From Hypanus sabinus (Eukaryota): a stretch of 64,000 nucleotides of DNA. Below, piece after piece: positions 62,500-64,000 of this stretch. The notes under the pieces were generated by a model that saw only the letters and a program-made list of their open reading frames with translations, had not been told where the DNA came from and did no database searches. A program made the translations under genes and the position numbers. The stretch spans positions 50,034,001-50,098,000 of the forward strand of contig NC_082710.1 of NCBI RefSeq assembly GCF_030144855.1, written 5' to 3'. Each line of letters opens with the position of its first letter. The stretch's first letter is position 1.

Positions 62500-63090
62500 C
62501 GTCAACGACCAACTAATACACTTACTGATGACACCATCTCAGAATCAGGTTCATTATCACCAGCATGTGTCGTGAAATGTGTTCATTTAGATGGCAAAGA
62601 GAAGGCATACAGAAGCAAAATAGATTGGCTGGTTGTGTGGTGTCACGAAGTCTTGCGTCCAATGTCAGCAAGACCATGGACGTGATTGTGCACTTTATGA
62701 AGGGGAAGTCAGGAAAACACACACCAACACTCACTGAGGGGGCAGCGGTGGAGTGGATAGGATTAACTTCTCAGAAGATCATAGTCATGAAAAGGGCACA
62801 ATCAGTGGCTACAGAGCTTGCGATGATTTGGTATGTCACCAAAGACTTCTTGCAAATTCCTACAGATTTGACATGCAGAGCATTCTGACTAAGTGCCTCA
62901 AAGCCCAGTAGGGAACCTCCAAAGTGCAGATCAAAAAAGGAGGCAGAAAGTTGTAAAAACTCAGCTCACTCCATTCACTGCCACAATCCTCACACCATCG
63001 AGAACATCATCAAAAATGGTGCCTTAAGAAAGTGACGTCCAAAGATCCTCATTATCTGGGACATGATCTCTTCTCGTTACTACCATCAAT
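62500..63090 (+). mobile_element. Rex1/Babar-type LINE fragment with an inverted Rex tail at about 62540-62585
   Basis: LTDDTI (FADD), AYRSKIDWLVVWCH, NVSKTMDVIVHF and KDPHYLGHDLFSLLPS. Confidence 0.8.
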
Positions 63091-63699
63091 TTCATTCCCA
63101 GAGCTCATCAGGAAGCTCGATATTGCTGAGCTGACCATGAGCAACTCTCCCCACCTCACTCTAAACATACATTTCCTTTTGATAAGCAAGAGACAAATGT
63201 CTGCCTCTGCAGATGATGCATTTTCAAAGGAGGTCTAGAAACAGATACAAGGGTTGAGGTTCATCCCAAGCAATGGCATAATAGAGGACTCTCAGAACTA
63301 CAGGCTGTTCCAAGGGACACATACCAGACAGATATCAAGTGCTGCTGGAAGTTCACCTACTCACTGAAAGTCCAAAATTTGTTGTTCTTGCAGTACAATG
63401 AGACCCAAAAGCAGGTGGCACATTCCAGGCTGCAGCTGTACTGAAACTTCAGCAGCCAATCCAGAGGCTTTGTAGTGTAGGGCTCCAGTCTAGGGTCCTG
63501 CCGCTACCTTACACCAAGGGACTGAGTCTAGCAGAAAAGCCTCTCAAGTACTTGAAACTTGTATCAATCCAGGAGATCACAAGTGGCAAAGCTGCCCTGT
63601 ACATAGAATGCACTATCTCTACAAAGGTATAGACCTGATAGCCCCATTAATATATAAAATAGATAATAATATGAATATAAAGAGAACCATGCACCTTGG

Positions 63700-64000
63700 T
63701 ATGAAAAACATTTAGAAGTTGAAAAATACCATACTTCTTAAATGCAGGCAACATCTCTGCTTTGAAGCAGAGCACTCACAGTACTTACTACTCTTCAGAT
63801 GAAAAAGATTCTCCCCAGATCCCTGCGAAATCTCTCATCTCATGTCCTAAATCTATGCCATCTGGTTAAAACTACCTCTGATATGGGCAATAGTCTCCTG
63901 CAGAGTACTGCATCTATACCCCAATAATCTTATATACCTCAGTCACATCCCCTCTTAACTTCTTGCAGCTGCTCTGTGATAATAAAACACCCATCGAACA
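63700..64000 (-). mobile_element. Old CR1 fragment running off the window edge
   Basis: Reverse complement of CR1 3' ORF2 (ATAATCTTATATACCTC...TCCCCTCTTAACTTCTT). Confidence 0.65.

Overview
This is AT-rich, CpG-depleted vertebrate genomic DNA, not prokaryotic. The repeat set is typical of cartilaginous fishes, most likely a ray (inference from recalled repeat families): CR1 LINEs, Rex1/Babar-type LINEs, Penelope-like elements, V-SINE/HE1-like SINEs, DeuSINE relics, Tc1/pogo/hAT MITEs and solo LTRs. Roughly half of the window is decayed, often nested, transposon debris. Almost all long ORFs in the track are LINE ORF2 fragments or chance ORFs, and I found no intact autonomous element. The best host-gene signal is a minus-strand, phase-1 terminal coding exon at 14682-14531 (xVKKLPRDL...MLLPCIK*). 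It is followed by about 2.5 kb of TE-poor, 3'UTR-like sequence ending at an AATAAA next to a Tc1 MITE. I cannot name the gene, and I found no convincing upstream exon, so 14.7-64 kb may be one very large last intron. I see no evidence for a complete novel biological system. The most interesting details are: Penelope-derived fold-back elements with fossil hammerhead-ribozyme cores; a composite pogo MITE carrying a SINE head; a CR1 with a 5x24-bp stutter at its 5' junction; a possible alternative last exon; and a small CpG/CCAAT/CRE-rich promoter-like patch. TE boundaries are approximate unless a TSD is quoted.
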